Positions 40,542 through 50,011 of a stretch of 64,000 nt of DNA are shown piece by piece; within the stretch, counting starts at the first letter, position 1; each line of letters opens with the position of its first letter. The stretch is taken from the NCBI GenBank assembly GCA_018335795.1, contig JAGXRP010000033.1:5973-69972 (forward strand), given 5' to 3'. This DNA comes from Desulfobulbaceae bacterium. GTDB lineage: Bacteria > Bacteroidota > Ignavibacteria > Kapaibacteriales > UBA2268. The position numbers and the translations under genes were made by a program. The notes beneath the pieces are model-generated. The model worked only from the letters and a program-made list of their open reading frames with translations, made no database searches and was not told the DNA's origin.

Positions 40542-41960
40542 ATGTACAAATTAGAAACAATTATATCATTAGCCAAAAGACGTGGCTTTGTATTCCAATC
40601 ATCAGAAATTTATGGCGGTTTGAACGGTTGTTGGGATTACGGACCGCTCGGTGTGGAGTTGCTACTCAAAATCAAAGACTCTTGGTGGAAAGCGATGACA
40701 TTCAGAGATGATATCGAAGGTGTTGATGCATCAATTTTAATGCACCCCAGAACTTGGGATGCAAGCGGGCACACTAAGCAATTCAGTGACCCGATGATTG
40801 ACAACAAAGTTAGCAAAGCACGATTTCGTGCCGATAATTTAATTGAAGAACACATTGTCAAATTACGCTCCAAAAATAAAAATGATGAAGCAGAAGCAAT
40901 TGAACAAAAACTTGCTAATATTAAAGAGAACAATGATTACCTGACAATCATACTCGAACACGGTATCAAAGACCCCGTATCGGGAACTGTGGAATGGACT
41001 GAGGTAAGAAATTTCAATCTTATGTTCAAAACCTTTATCGGACCATTGGAAGAAGCAAGCAGTGTCGTTTATCTTCGCCCGGAATCTGCGCAAGGTATTT
41101 TTGTGAATTTTAAAAATGTAGCTGAAACTGCACGTCAAAAAGTACCTTTTGGTATAGCACAAATTGGCAAAGCATTTAGAAATGAAATCAACACTAAGAA
41201 TTTTCTATTCCGGACAAGAGAATTTGAACAAATGGAGATGCAATACTTTGTAAAACCGGGTGCAGAGCTTGAATGGTTCGATTATTGGAAAAAGCAAAGA
41301 TGGCAATGGTACATTGATATGGGAATGGATGAATCAAAAATGCGTTGGAAAAATCATGACAAATTAGCACATTATGCTAACCATGCTGTAGATATTGAGT
41401 TTGAATTTCCATTCGGCTGGGGCGAAATCGAAGGAATCCATTCACGAACTGATTTTGACTTAAGAAATCATCAGGAATTTTCCGGCAAAAAAATGGAATA
41501 TGTAGATGCTGTAAATAACGAGCGATATTTACCATTCGTTGTTGAAACCTCCGGTGGTGTCTCAAGAGGATTGATGGCGTTTTTATGCAATGCTTATAGC
41601 GAAGAACAAGTGACTGACGACAAAGGTAATACCGAAGTACGTACTATTTTGAGATTCAGCCCCAAATTAGCTCCAATAACTGCGGCAGTTTTCCCACTTG
41701 TCAATAAGGACGGAATGCCTGAATTAGCTCAATCAGTTTATAGAGATTTACAAAAATCAATGAAAGTTCAGTATGATTCTTCAGGTGCTATTGGTAGACG
41801 CTATCGTCGACAAGACGAAATTGGTACTCCATTTTGCATTACAATTGATGGCGAATCATTGACCGAAAATACTGTTACTATTCGTGAAAGAGATTCGATG
41901 AAGCAAGACAGAATATCAATTGATAAAATCAAAAACTACATAAGCGATAAAATATACTGA
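40542..41960 (+). CDS. glyQS: Glycine-tRNA ligase, homodimeric type
   Basis: KRRGF..SSEIYGG, YLRPESAQG, FRTREFEQME, IGRRYRRQDEIGTP. Confidence 0.97.
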   Translation: MYKLETIISLAKRRGFVFQSSEIYGGLNGCWDYGPLGVELLLKIKDSWWKAMTFRDDIEGVDASILMHPRTWDASGHTKQFSDPMIDNKVSKARFRADNLIEEHIVKLRSKNKNDEAEAIEQKLANIKENNDYLTIILEHGIKDPVSGTVEWTEVRNFNLMFKTFIGPLEEASSVVYLRPESAQGIFVNFKNVAETARQKVPFGIAQIGKAFRNEINTKNFLFRTREFEQMEMQYFVKPGAELEWFDYWKKQRWQWYIDMGMDESKMRWKNHDKLAHYANHAVDIEFEFPFGWGEIEGIHSRTDFDLRNHQEFSGKKMEYVDAVNNERYLPFVVETSGGVSRGLMAFLCNAYSEEQVTDDKGNTEVRTILRFSPKLAPITAAVFPLVNKDGMPELAQSVYRDLQKSMKVQYDSSGAIGRRYRRQDEIGTPFCITIDGESLTENTVTIRERDSMKQDRISIDKIKNYISDKIY

Positions 41961-42045
41961 TTGATAATTAGTCCTTAGATTGAGAATCAGGAAGCTGATA
42001 TATTACTTTAGGCTAATTTTCTTATTTATATATAATTTATAACCA

Positions 42046-43689
42046 ATGATAAGATACTTATTTTATATCTTTGTTGTAAGTGCCATATTTACCAATAGTT
42101 TGCATTCCAATGAAGATGTTTATTATAAAATCAACAAATCTTTCAATATTCAGGGTGCTGTATTTAACGAATTACTCAACGGATATGCTGTTGAGTTAGA
42201 TCCGGAAATACTTATGCGTGCCGGAATTGAAGGCATGATTTCTTCACTTGACCCTTACACTGAATATTACAGCGAAAAACAACTACAAGATGTAGATTTC
42301 CTGTCTTCAGGAACATACGCAGGACTTGGGATTACGGTTGGTGTTCATGATAGTATGTTGATAGTAGTTGACGTACGGCAAGGATATCCTGCACAAAAGG
42401 GAGGTTTGAAAATAGGGGATTACATTTACAAAGCTGATACGATTGTTGTGCTAAATAAAACTTCTGCTGAACTCAGAGAATTTACCAAAGGTGAGCCGGG
42501 AACTGAGCTTTTTTTGACTATAATCCGCAAATCTTTAAATTCGAAAGACACTATACAGCTTAATTTAGTCATCGAAAATATAAAATTGCCTAATGTACCA
42601 TATTCCGGATTTGTAAATGATTCGACCGGAATAATCATACTCGAAAGATTTACAAAAGACTCCTACAAAGATTTCCGAAATGCTTTCAACAAACTTAACA
42701 ATTCCCAAAAGCTCAAAAATTTGGTAATTGATTTACGAGATAATCCCGGTGGATTACTCGAAGAAGCAGTTTCAATCTGCGAATTATTTTTACCTCCAAA
42801 TAGCTTAATTGTAACTACGAAATCACGCGAAAACGAAGTACTATTTGAGTACATTTCTCGTCAAACACCACTTGATACAAATATCAGGATTGCAGTGTTA
42901 ATCAACCAATCATCTGCAAGTGCAAGCGAAGTATTAGCAGGTGCTATTCAAGACCATGATAGAGGCTTAGTAATTGGTCAGCAATCATTCGGCAAAGGGC
43001 TCGTCCAATCAGTTGTTAGCTTGCCATATGGTGGTAATCTTAAGATTACTACTGCAAAATATTATACTCCATCCGGTAGATGTATTCAGAGAATTGGTTT
43101 CGCGGAACAGTATGCAAGTATGAAAATTCAAGCTATCGTTGATTCGACACAATTCCAGACAAAAAATGGCAGAATTGTTTTCGAATCTACAGGTATCAAA
43201 CCGGATAGCATTATCAGTCCTCGTGAACCACAAGAATTGATATATGATTTGAACCAAAAGCAAATTTTCTTTGATTTTGCAAACCAATATGCCACAACAA
43301 TGAAATTGCAAAAAATCGAATTTGTTCCTGAAAAGTCATATGAAAGATTTGTCAAATATTTGAAAGATGTAAAGTATGATTTTAAGTTCCGTTATGAAGA
43401 AGAATTGGATGAAATTAATTCCGAACTTGAGAAACAGGGATTAAAATCTGCATCTTCGACAAAAATTATCGAACAATTGAAAACTGAATTAGCAAAAAAA
43501 GACGAACTGTTGATAAATAATTTGAAAGAAGATTTGACAGAAATACTCGAACATGAGATTTATCGTCGCTCAATGAATGAAGAGGAATTTTATTCATATA
43601 TTATGAGCAGAGACAGGTATGTCAAATCGGCAGTTAGTTTGATGAGCAACAATTCTTACAAATCTTTGCTTGCCAAAGAAAACGACTAA
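42046..43689 (+). CDS. C-terminal processing protease, S41 family
   Basis: LDPYT, PDZ, DLRDNPGGLL, SASASE, FGKGLVQ, TAKYYTPSGR. Confidence 0.93.
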   Translation: MIRYLFYIFVVSAIFTNSLHSNEDVYYKINKSFNIQGAVFNELLNGYAVELDPEILMRAGIEGMISSLDPYTEYYSEKQLQDVDFLSSGTYAGLGITVGVHDSMLIVVDVRQGYPAQKGGLKIGDYIYKADTIVVLNKTSAELREFTKGEPGTELFLTIIRKSLNSKDTIQLNLVIENIKLPNVPYSGFVNDSTGIIILERFTKDSYKDFRNAFNKLNNSQKLKNLVIDLRDNPGGLLEEAVSICELFLPPNSLIVTTKSRENEVLFEYISRQTPLDTNIRIAVLINQSSASASEVLAGAIQDHDRGLVIGQQSFGKGLVQSVVSLPYGGNLKITTAKYYTPSGRCIQRIGFAEQYASMKIQAIVDSTQFQTKNGRIVFESTGIKPDSIISPREPQELIYDLNQKQIFFDFANQYATTMKLQKIEFVPEKSYERFVKYLKDVKYDFKFRYEEELDEINSELEKQGLKSASSTKIIEQLKTELAKKDELLINNLKEDLTEILEHEIYRRSMNEEEFYSYIMSRDRYVKSAVSLMSNNSYKSLLAKEND

Positions 43690-43754
43690 AACACAAAAAA
43701 TATACGTAGACATAAAGCGTCTTATCTCCATTACATAATTGGGTATCTGAAAAA

Positions 43755-44615
43755 ATGAGAATTACTAAACAATATACAAATCGCGAAAGTCAGTCATTAG
43801 ACAAATATTTGCAAGAAATCGGCAGAGTAGATCTATTAACTACCGATAATGAAATCACACTTGCTCAACTTATTAAAAAAGGTGGGAGCGAAGGTTATTT
43901 TGCACTTGAAAGACTTGTAAAAGCTAACTTGCGATTTGTAGTATCTGTTGCTAAACAATATCAAAATCAAGGATTGAGTTTAGGCGATTTAATCAACGAA
44001 GGCAATTTAGGTCTGATAAAAGCGGCAAAACGTTTCGATGAAACTCGTGGATTTAGATTTATTTCTTATGCTGTTTGGTGGATTCGTCAATCAATTTTAC
44101 AAGCTTTAGCTGAACAATCTCGAATCGTAAGATTACCGCTTAATCGTGTAGGTGCATTAAATAAAATTGGGAAAAAATTCTCAGAATTAGAACAAGAATT
44201 CGAACGTGAGCCAACAGCAGCAGAATTAGCAGAACAGCTAAATATGAGCGTAAATGAAATTTCTGAAACTATCAAAATTTCAGGAAGACATCTTTCGGTA
44301 GATGCACCATTTGTGCAAGGTGAAGATAATAGATTGCTTGATGTATTGCCCAATGAACAACAACCACCACCTGATTCTGAACTTATAAGAGAATCACTCA
44401 GAGTAGAAGTACAACAAGTACTAACAACGTTGTCACTTCGCGAAGCTGACGTTATCAAGTATTATTTCGGGTTAGACGGACAATGCCTTACACTCGAAGA
44501 AATCGGAGAGAAATTTAATCTTACACGTGAACGAGTGCGTCAAATAAAAGAAAAAGCAATCAGAAGACTCAGACACGCTTCTCGCTCAAAAACATTAAGG
44601 TCATATTTAGGCTGA
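43755..44615 (+). CDS. rpoD: Primary-type sigma70 factor lacking region 1.1 (Bacteroidota type)
   Basis: [40 protein letters not shown]; 286 aa. Confidence 0.9.
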   Translation: MRITKQYTNRESQSLDKYLQEIGRVDLLTTDNEITLAQLIKKGGSEGYFALERLVKANLRFVVSVAKQYQNQGLSLGDLINEGNLGLIKAAKRFDETRGFRFISYAVWWIRQSILQALAEQSRIVRLPLNRVGALNKIGKKFSELEQEFEREPTAAELAEQLNMSVNEISETIKISGRHLSVDAPFVQGEDNRLLDVLPNEQQPPPDSELIRESLRVEVQQVLTTLSLREADVIKYYFGLDGQCLTLEEIGEKFNLTRERVRQIKEKAIRRLRHASRSKTLRSYLG

Positions 44616-44621
44616 TATTTA

Positions 44622-45584
44622 ATGAAAGATAATATAGATTTGTTGCCTCACAGAGACGAAATAATTGAAAAACCAAAATTCAATATACCCGTAAAAGCAA
44701 AACGCAACAACCCCGAACTAAAAACAACTGTTGGAAAACGCCCGGAATGGCTCAAAGTAAAAGCACCCGGCGGTGAATCCTACGCCTTTATCCAAAATCT
44801 GATGCGAAGTAAGTCTTTGCATACAGTTTGCGAAGAAGCGCATTGCCCTAATATTGGCGAATGTTGGGCTCACGGAACAGCAACTTTTATGATACTTGGC
44901 GATACATGTACTCGTGCTTGTAGTTTTTGTGCCATAAAAACCGGCATTCCCCACACTATTAATAAAAATGAACCTTATGATGTTGCGATGTCTGTTAGAA
45001 AGATGGGCGTCAAACATGCTGTTGTTACATCAGTAAATCGTGACGAGTTGAAAGACCAAGGTTCTACAATTTGGGCAGAAACAATTTACCGTATTCGCGA
45101 ATTAAACCCCGATACTACTATTGAGGTTTTGATTCCCGATTTCAAAGGTGATACAAAATGTTTGGATAGAGTTATCAAAGCTTCACCTGACATTTTAAAT
45201 CATAACATGGAAACAGTCCCAAGATTATACAAAAAAATCAGACCTCAAGCAAAATATCAACAATCTCTCGATGTTTTAAGATATTGCAAAGATGCAGGAC
45301 TTAGAACTAAATCAGGCATAATGGTTGGTATAGGCGAAACTGACGATGAAGTATATGAATTAATGAAAGATTTGGTAAAAATAAAACTTGATATAATGAC
45401 TATCGGGCAATATTTACAACCATCAGTTAATCATACTCCTGTAGACCGTTTTGTAACGCCACAGCAATTCAAAGAGTTTAAACGAATTGGCGAAGAAATG
45501 GGAATTGGTCACGTAGAATCAGGTCCTCTTGTCCGAAGTTCTTATCATGCTCATGAGCATGTCAAAGTCGAAATCCGCACTTAA
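44622..45584 (+). CDS. lipA: Lipoyl synthase
   Basis: CEEAHCPNIGEC, CTRACSFC, RSSYHA. Confidence 0.97.
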   Translation: MKDNIDLLPHRDEIIEKPKFNIPVKAKRNNPELKTTVGKRPEWLKVKAPGGESYAFIQNLMRSKSLHTVCEEAHCPNIGECWAHGTATFMILGDTCTRACSFCAIKTGIPHTINKNEPYDVAMSVRKMGVKHAVVTSVNRDELKDQGSTIWAETIYRIRELNPDTTIEVLIPDFKGDTKCLDRVIKASPDILNHNMETVPRLYKKIRPQAKYQQSLDVLRYCKDAGLRTKSGIMVGIGETDDEVYELMKDLVKIKLDIMTIGQYLQPSVNHTPVDRFVTPQQFKEFKRIGEEMGIGHVESGPLVRSSYHAHEHVKVEIRT

Positions 45585-45649
45585 AATCATTTTTACTAAT
45601 ATTTTTAAAATCAAATTTAACTTTGTCAATCCATAATCGTCCATTATGG

Positions 45650-45664
45650 TGGCATGACTTTTGT
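45650..45664 (+). promoter_or_regulatory. Candidate sigma54 promoter upstream of OsmC gene
   Basis: TGGCATG-ACTT-TTGT. Confidence 0.45.
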
Positions 45665-45697
45665 TTTTATTAAGAAAATTTATTATATTAGTAAGCT

Positions 45698-46114
45698 ATG
45701 GTTAAGATACATATAGAATACTTAAATGATTTGCACTGCAAAGTAACTCACGGTCCTTCGGGACAAAGTTTTTTGACAGATGCACCTCTTGATAATCAAG
45801 GCAAAGCCGAGTATATTTCACCTACCGACTTGCTTGCTGCATCTATTGGCTCTTGTATCGCAACAATCATGGGAATAAAAGCTCATGATATGGGTGTGGA
45901 TTTAGAAGGGTTGAAAATTGATGTAACAAAAGAAATGGTGCACGACCCTCATCGTCGTGTAGGCAAATTAACTTTGGAAATCCAATATCCCCGCAGATAC
46001 GACTCAAAAACTCAGGAAATCTTAAATAATGTTGTCAAGATTTGTCCTGTCACTCGTAGTTTAGACCCGAAAGTTATTTTTGAACCAATTTTCAGTTTCG
46101 CCGATGAAAAATAA
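45698..46114 (+). CDS. OsmC family protein
   Basis: TDAP.DN.G, SPTDLLAASIGSC, CPV. Confidence 0.9.
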   Translation: MVKIHIEYLNDLHCKVTHGPSGQSFLTDAPLDNQGKAEYISPTDLLAASIGSCIATIMGIKAHDMGVDLEGLKIDVTKEMVHDPHRRVGKLTLEIQYPRRYDSKTQEILNNVVKICPVTRSLDPKVIFEPIFSFADEK

Positions 46115-47393
46115 AATTATAATATATGGCTTCTTGCTATCCTTGTTTATATTGCCGAAATTGTACAGCCAATACGACAACCAAGCTATTGAGTTTTACA
46201 ACGAAGGTTTAGGATATTTGCAAGATGGAGAAAATGAAAAAGCGATAGAGTTTTTTGATAAATCTATCAATGTAGATTCAACCTTTGCTGAAGCATTTAA
46301 TGCACGTGGCTCAGCACTTTTCAATCTCAAGCGTTACCAAGAGGCATTAGATGATTTTACTTTAGCTATCGAACTTAAACGTTCTTTTTCAGGTGCATAT
46401 CATAATCGTGCTTCAACTTATCGGGAGTTGAAAGTTGCCGATAAAGCCCAATCAGACTTGGCAAAAGCTATTGAAATCGAACCCGGTAATCATAATTTAT
46501 ACTATAGTAGAGCGAATTTCTATGCCGAAATGGGGAAGTTTGATTTGGCACTAAATGATTTGGATAAAGTAATCTCAATCCAAACTGATGATTATAAGGC
46601 ATATTATACCCGTGCTACGGTATTTTATGAAACAAATGAATTAGAAAAAGCACTAATTGATTTGAATAAGACTATCGAACTTAATTCACAATTTGTAGAA
46701 GCATACCAACTGCGTGGTCCAATTTTTCATAAACTCGGTAATTTAACTTCAGCAATAAGTGATTATAATAGAGTTTTGGAGCGTGAACACGAAAATAATA
46801 CTATGTTCAATAGAGCCATTGCAAATTCTGAGCTAGAGCATCATGATTTGGCAATTAAAGACTTTTCACATCTTATTAATATCGGCTTCAATCCAAAATT
46901 ATCATATTTTAACCGTGCAGTTATTTATTATAATTTGGGTCAATATGATAGAGCATTAGAAGATTATAACGCTGTATTGAAAATTGAGCCGAAGGATATT
47001 GATGCCTTAGGAAATGTTGCCATAATATATTATGAATCAAAGAATTACGATGATGCTATAATGATTTATAACAAGTTAGTAGATTTAAGTCCAAATAATT
47101 CAAACTTTTATCAAAATAGAGCTAACGCCTTTTTTAATTTAAATAAATATGACAAAGCAATAAGTGATTATTCTTTAGCTATCAATTTAGATAAGAAAAA
47201 TGCCGAACTATATTTCAATCGTGCTAATGCTTATAAACAAATCAACGATTTTGAAAATTCTATCGAGGATTTCAGACAATTTCTCGATTTAGCGAGATAC
47301 GATAATAAATTAGTTACTTTTGTTCCTTCAGTCGAAATTGAAATCAAAAACCTTGAATTAAAAATAGCAGATAAAATCTCGAATCAAAAATGA
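46104..47393 (+). CDS. Secreted tetratricopeptide repeat protein
   Basis: Signal peptide from ATG 46104; many AY.NRA...A..D TPR units. Confidence 0.88.
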   Translation: MKNKIIIYGFLLSLFILPKLYSQYDNQAIEFYNEGLGYLQDGENEKAIEFFDKSINVDSTFAEAFNARGSALFNLKRYQEALDDFTLAIELKRSFSGAYHNRASTYRELKVADKAQSDLAKAIEIEPGNHNLYYSRANFYAEMGKFDLALNDLDKVISIQTDDYKAYYTRATVFYETNELEKALIDLNKTIELNSQFVEAYQLRGPIFHKLGNLTSAISDYNRVLEREHENNTMFNRAIANSELEHHDLAIKDFSHLINIGFNPKLSYFNRAVIYYNLGQYDRALEDYNAVLKIEPKDIDALGNVAIIYYESKNYDDAIMIYNKLVDLSPNNSNFYQNRANAFFNLNKYDKAISDYSLAINLDKKNAELYFNRANAYKQINDFENSIEDFRQFLDLARYDNKLVTFVPSVEIEIKNLELKIADKISNQK

Positions 47394-48877
47394 AATATCC
47401 TAAAATTGCTCTACATTATCAAATTCTTTTGGCACTGGTACTAGGAGCAATTTTTGGTGCTTATTTCAAAGTTGACCAAAGCGCCCTGATTGTCAATCAT
47501 TCTCACGAAAAGAATGATATTGAAACTAAAGTTGAAGATTGGAGTAGTATTTCATTTGTAGATAGTTCAAACCCCGACAGCGTTTTGGTAAAATTCGACA
47601 AATTCAACCAACAAGCAATCATCCGATTTTTCAAAAAGTATGCAAATCAATCTAATCTTTTAATCCAAATTGAGCATGATAACGGAAAGCAAAGCACGAT
47701 TAACACAATCCAAAGCATCAAAAAGAAGCCCACAATAGCTACACGCCTTAAGCCTATTGGTGATTTATTTATTCGACTTTTGAGCTTTTTGGCAATACCT
47801 CTAGTTATATCATCGTTAATAATCGGCGCCTCAAGTCTTGAGGATATAAAAAAGCTTGGCAGAATAGGAACTAAAACTTTTACTCTTTATTTAGCAACTA
47901 CGGCAATAGCTATTACGATTGGTTTAGTATTGGCAAATGTTATTCAACCTGGCGAAAAAATTCATGAGGATACCAAAGAAAGACTCATGGCAGCATATAG
48001 CGAGGAATCCTCCGAGAAAATTGTTTCAAATCTTGAAGTTGATATTATAGATTTCTTAGTGAATATTGTCCCTAAGAATCCATTCGAAGCGATAGCAACA
48101 GGGAATATGCTTCAAATAGTATTCTTCGCTGTTTTCTTTGGTTTAATGTTGACTTTCATTAAAAAAGAGAATGCTCAACCGGTTATTGGATTTTTCTCGG
48201 GAATGAGTGATGTAATGGTCAAGATGGTAGATTTCATAATGCTTATGGCTCCTTTCGGTGTTTTTGCATTAATAGCAGCAACTGTTGCAGATTTTGGATT
48301 TGAAATTATCTCAACACTCGTATGGTATATTTTCGCTGTTTTGCTTGGATTGGCACTTCAAACATTATTAATCTACCCGACAATTTTGAAAATATTTACA
48401 AAACGAAAAATAAAAGATTTCTTTGTAGGTATTAGAGATGCTCAAATAATTGCATTTTCAACAAGCTCGAGTGCTGCTACTTTACCAATAACAATGGAAT
48501 GTGTTGAAGATAATTTGAAAGTTCCTAAGCGTATTTCAGGATTTGTACTTCCACTCGGGGCTACTATTAACATGGATGGCACAGCGTTATACCAAGGGGT
48601 AGCAGCTGTTTTTATAGCACAAGTATATGGAATTGATTTGTCAATCACTGACCAATTAACGATTGTTCTAACTGCAGTTTTGGCATCTATTGGTACTGCA
48701 CCGGTACCGGGAGTGGGTATAATAATGCTTGTTATGATACTTCAATCAGTCCATATTCCACCACAAGGAATTGCTCTAATCTTAGGCGTAGATAGGATTT
48801 TGGATATGGCACGAACTATAAGCAACATTTCCGGCGATGCTGCCGTCGCAGTTGCTATTTCAGATTCAGAAAAATAA
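47390..48877 (+). CDS. Dicarboxylate/amino acid:cation symporter (GltP/DAACS)
   Basis: FSTSSSAATLP, GATINMDGTALY, DRILDMART. Confidence 0.93.
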   Translation: MKYPKIALHYQILLALVLGAIFGAYFKVDQSALIVNHSHEKNDIETKVEDWSSISFVDSSNPDSVLVKFDKFNQQAIIRFFKKYANQSNLLIQIEHDNGKQSTINTIQSIKKKPTIATRLKPIGDLFIRLLSFLAIPLVISSLIIGASSLEDIKKLGRIGTKTFTLYLATTAIAITIGLVLANVIQPGEKIHEDTKERLMAAYSEESSEKIVSNLEVDIIDFLVNIVPKNPFEAIATGNMLQIVFFAVFFGLMLTFIKKENAQPVIGFFSGMSDVMVKMVDFIMLMAPFGVFALIAATVADFGFEIISTLVWYIFAVLLGLALQTLLIYPTILKIFTKRKIKDFFVGIRDAQIIAFSTSSSAATLPITMECVEDNLKVPKRISGFVLPLGATINMDGTALYQGVAAVFIAQVYGIDLSITDQLTIVLTAVLASIGTAPVPGVGIIMLVMILQSVHIPPQGIALILGVDRILDMARTISNISGDAAVAVAISDSEK

Positions 48878-48881
48878 ATTT

Positions 48882-49853
48882 CTACTTGTTTACTTTCTTT
48901 TTTAACTCTTCTTTTGCTTTTTTGTTCTGTTCTCTGAACGCTAAGCGACCGATACCTGGTTTGATATCATCAATTACAAAATCTGTAGAATTATAATGCC
49001 AAATCGGTAGCTCTGTATTATCAGGATATTTCAATTTCATTTTTTGTTCAATATTTGCAAAATGATGAATCGGCAAAAAATCAATAGATGAAATTATCAT
49101 ATTCCCTGAACCGTTCAATATCGCATCAATCCTCATTTTAGTATCATCCGAGATAACTGTTACGGCTCCTTGAGCAGTACGAATAAATCTGAATCTGACT
49201 GATTCGTGGTCTAAGGTATCAATAGGACGTTCGGCTCTAAATAAAAAAGATTGTCTAACGAGTGGGAAAGGACAACCGTTTTCAACTAAAGTATCCAAAC
49301 TGTTGATACTCCAAGATTCATTAATGAATTTGTATGAATCGCCAAATGGTACGAAAAGTGAAGGCTGGAATGCACCACCAGGAGACATTGAATATAAAGT
49401 CGAATCATCAATAGCAACTCTATGTCTTCTACCAATTGAATCTATGGTTAGATATACTTGACGTCCAATCCAAGTATGTGTTTCTCTTCTGACAGGTTGC
49501 ATATTGCCTTTTCTTTCGTCTGCAATGTAACTTTTAAGACTCATTCTGAGATAAAAGTTGCCATTTTTTGATACAGAATCACAAATGATTTCATACAATT
49601 CAAATCGAGTTTTAACAATAGCAGCATCATAATCAACAATTATACTGTCGTGAGATGAGACTCTATATCTAATTGTATCGCCTTTGAAGAACTTGAGTTT
49701 GAACTCTTGGATTTCTTCAATAATCATATCTTGTTTAGGGTCATAGTTTTCATCAATATCGCTTTCATCATAAAAAATTTGGCTATACGTTAACTGTATA
49801 GTTAGAGTCAATAATAATGTGGTAATCTTGAGAAGTTTTAACATTTGATTCAT
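48882..49853 (-). CDS. Hypothetical secreted protein
   Basis: 323-aa ORF with signal peptide, beta-rich. Confidence 0.6.
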   Translation of the reverse strand: MNQMLKLLKITTLLLTLTIQLTYSQIFYDESDIDENYDPKQDMIIEEIQEFKLKFFKGDTIRYRVSSHDSIIVDYDAAIVKTRFELYEIICDSVSKNGNFYLRMSLKSYIADERKGNMQPVRRETHTWIGRQVYLTIDSIGRRHRVAIDDSTLYSMSPGGAFQPSLFVPFGDSYKFINESWSINSLDTLVENGCPFPLVRQSFLFRAERPIDTLDHESVRFRFIRTAQGAVTVISDDTKMRIDAILNGSGNMIISSIDFLPIHHFANIEQKMKLKYPDNTELPIWHYNSTDFVIDDIKPGIGRLAFREQNKKAKEELKKKVNK

Positions 49854-49930
49854 TTTTTTTTTACATTATAAATATTCTTAAATACACTATTCAAGGCACT
49901 TTTTATTTTAAGACGTTTGAGCTTAATAAT

Positions 49931-49945
49931 TGGAACATAATTTGA
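49931..49945 (+). promoter_or_regulatory. Candidate sigma54 promoter upstream of the VWA/WD40 T9SS gene
   Basis: TGGAACA-TAAT-TTGA. Confidence 0.4.
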
Positions 49946-50011
49946 GCGTTAAATCATTATAAATGCATAAATTTGTAGTTGTTTTTAGGACATTAGGGGG
50001 GATTTATTTAC

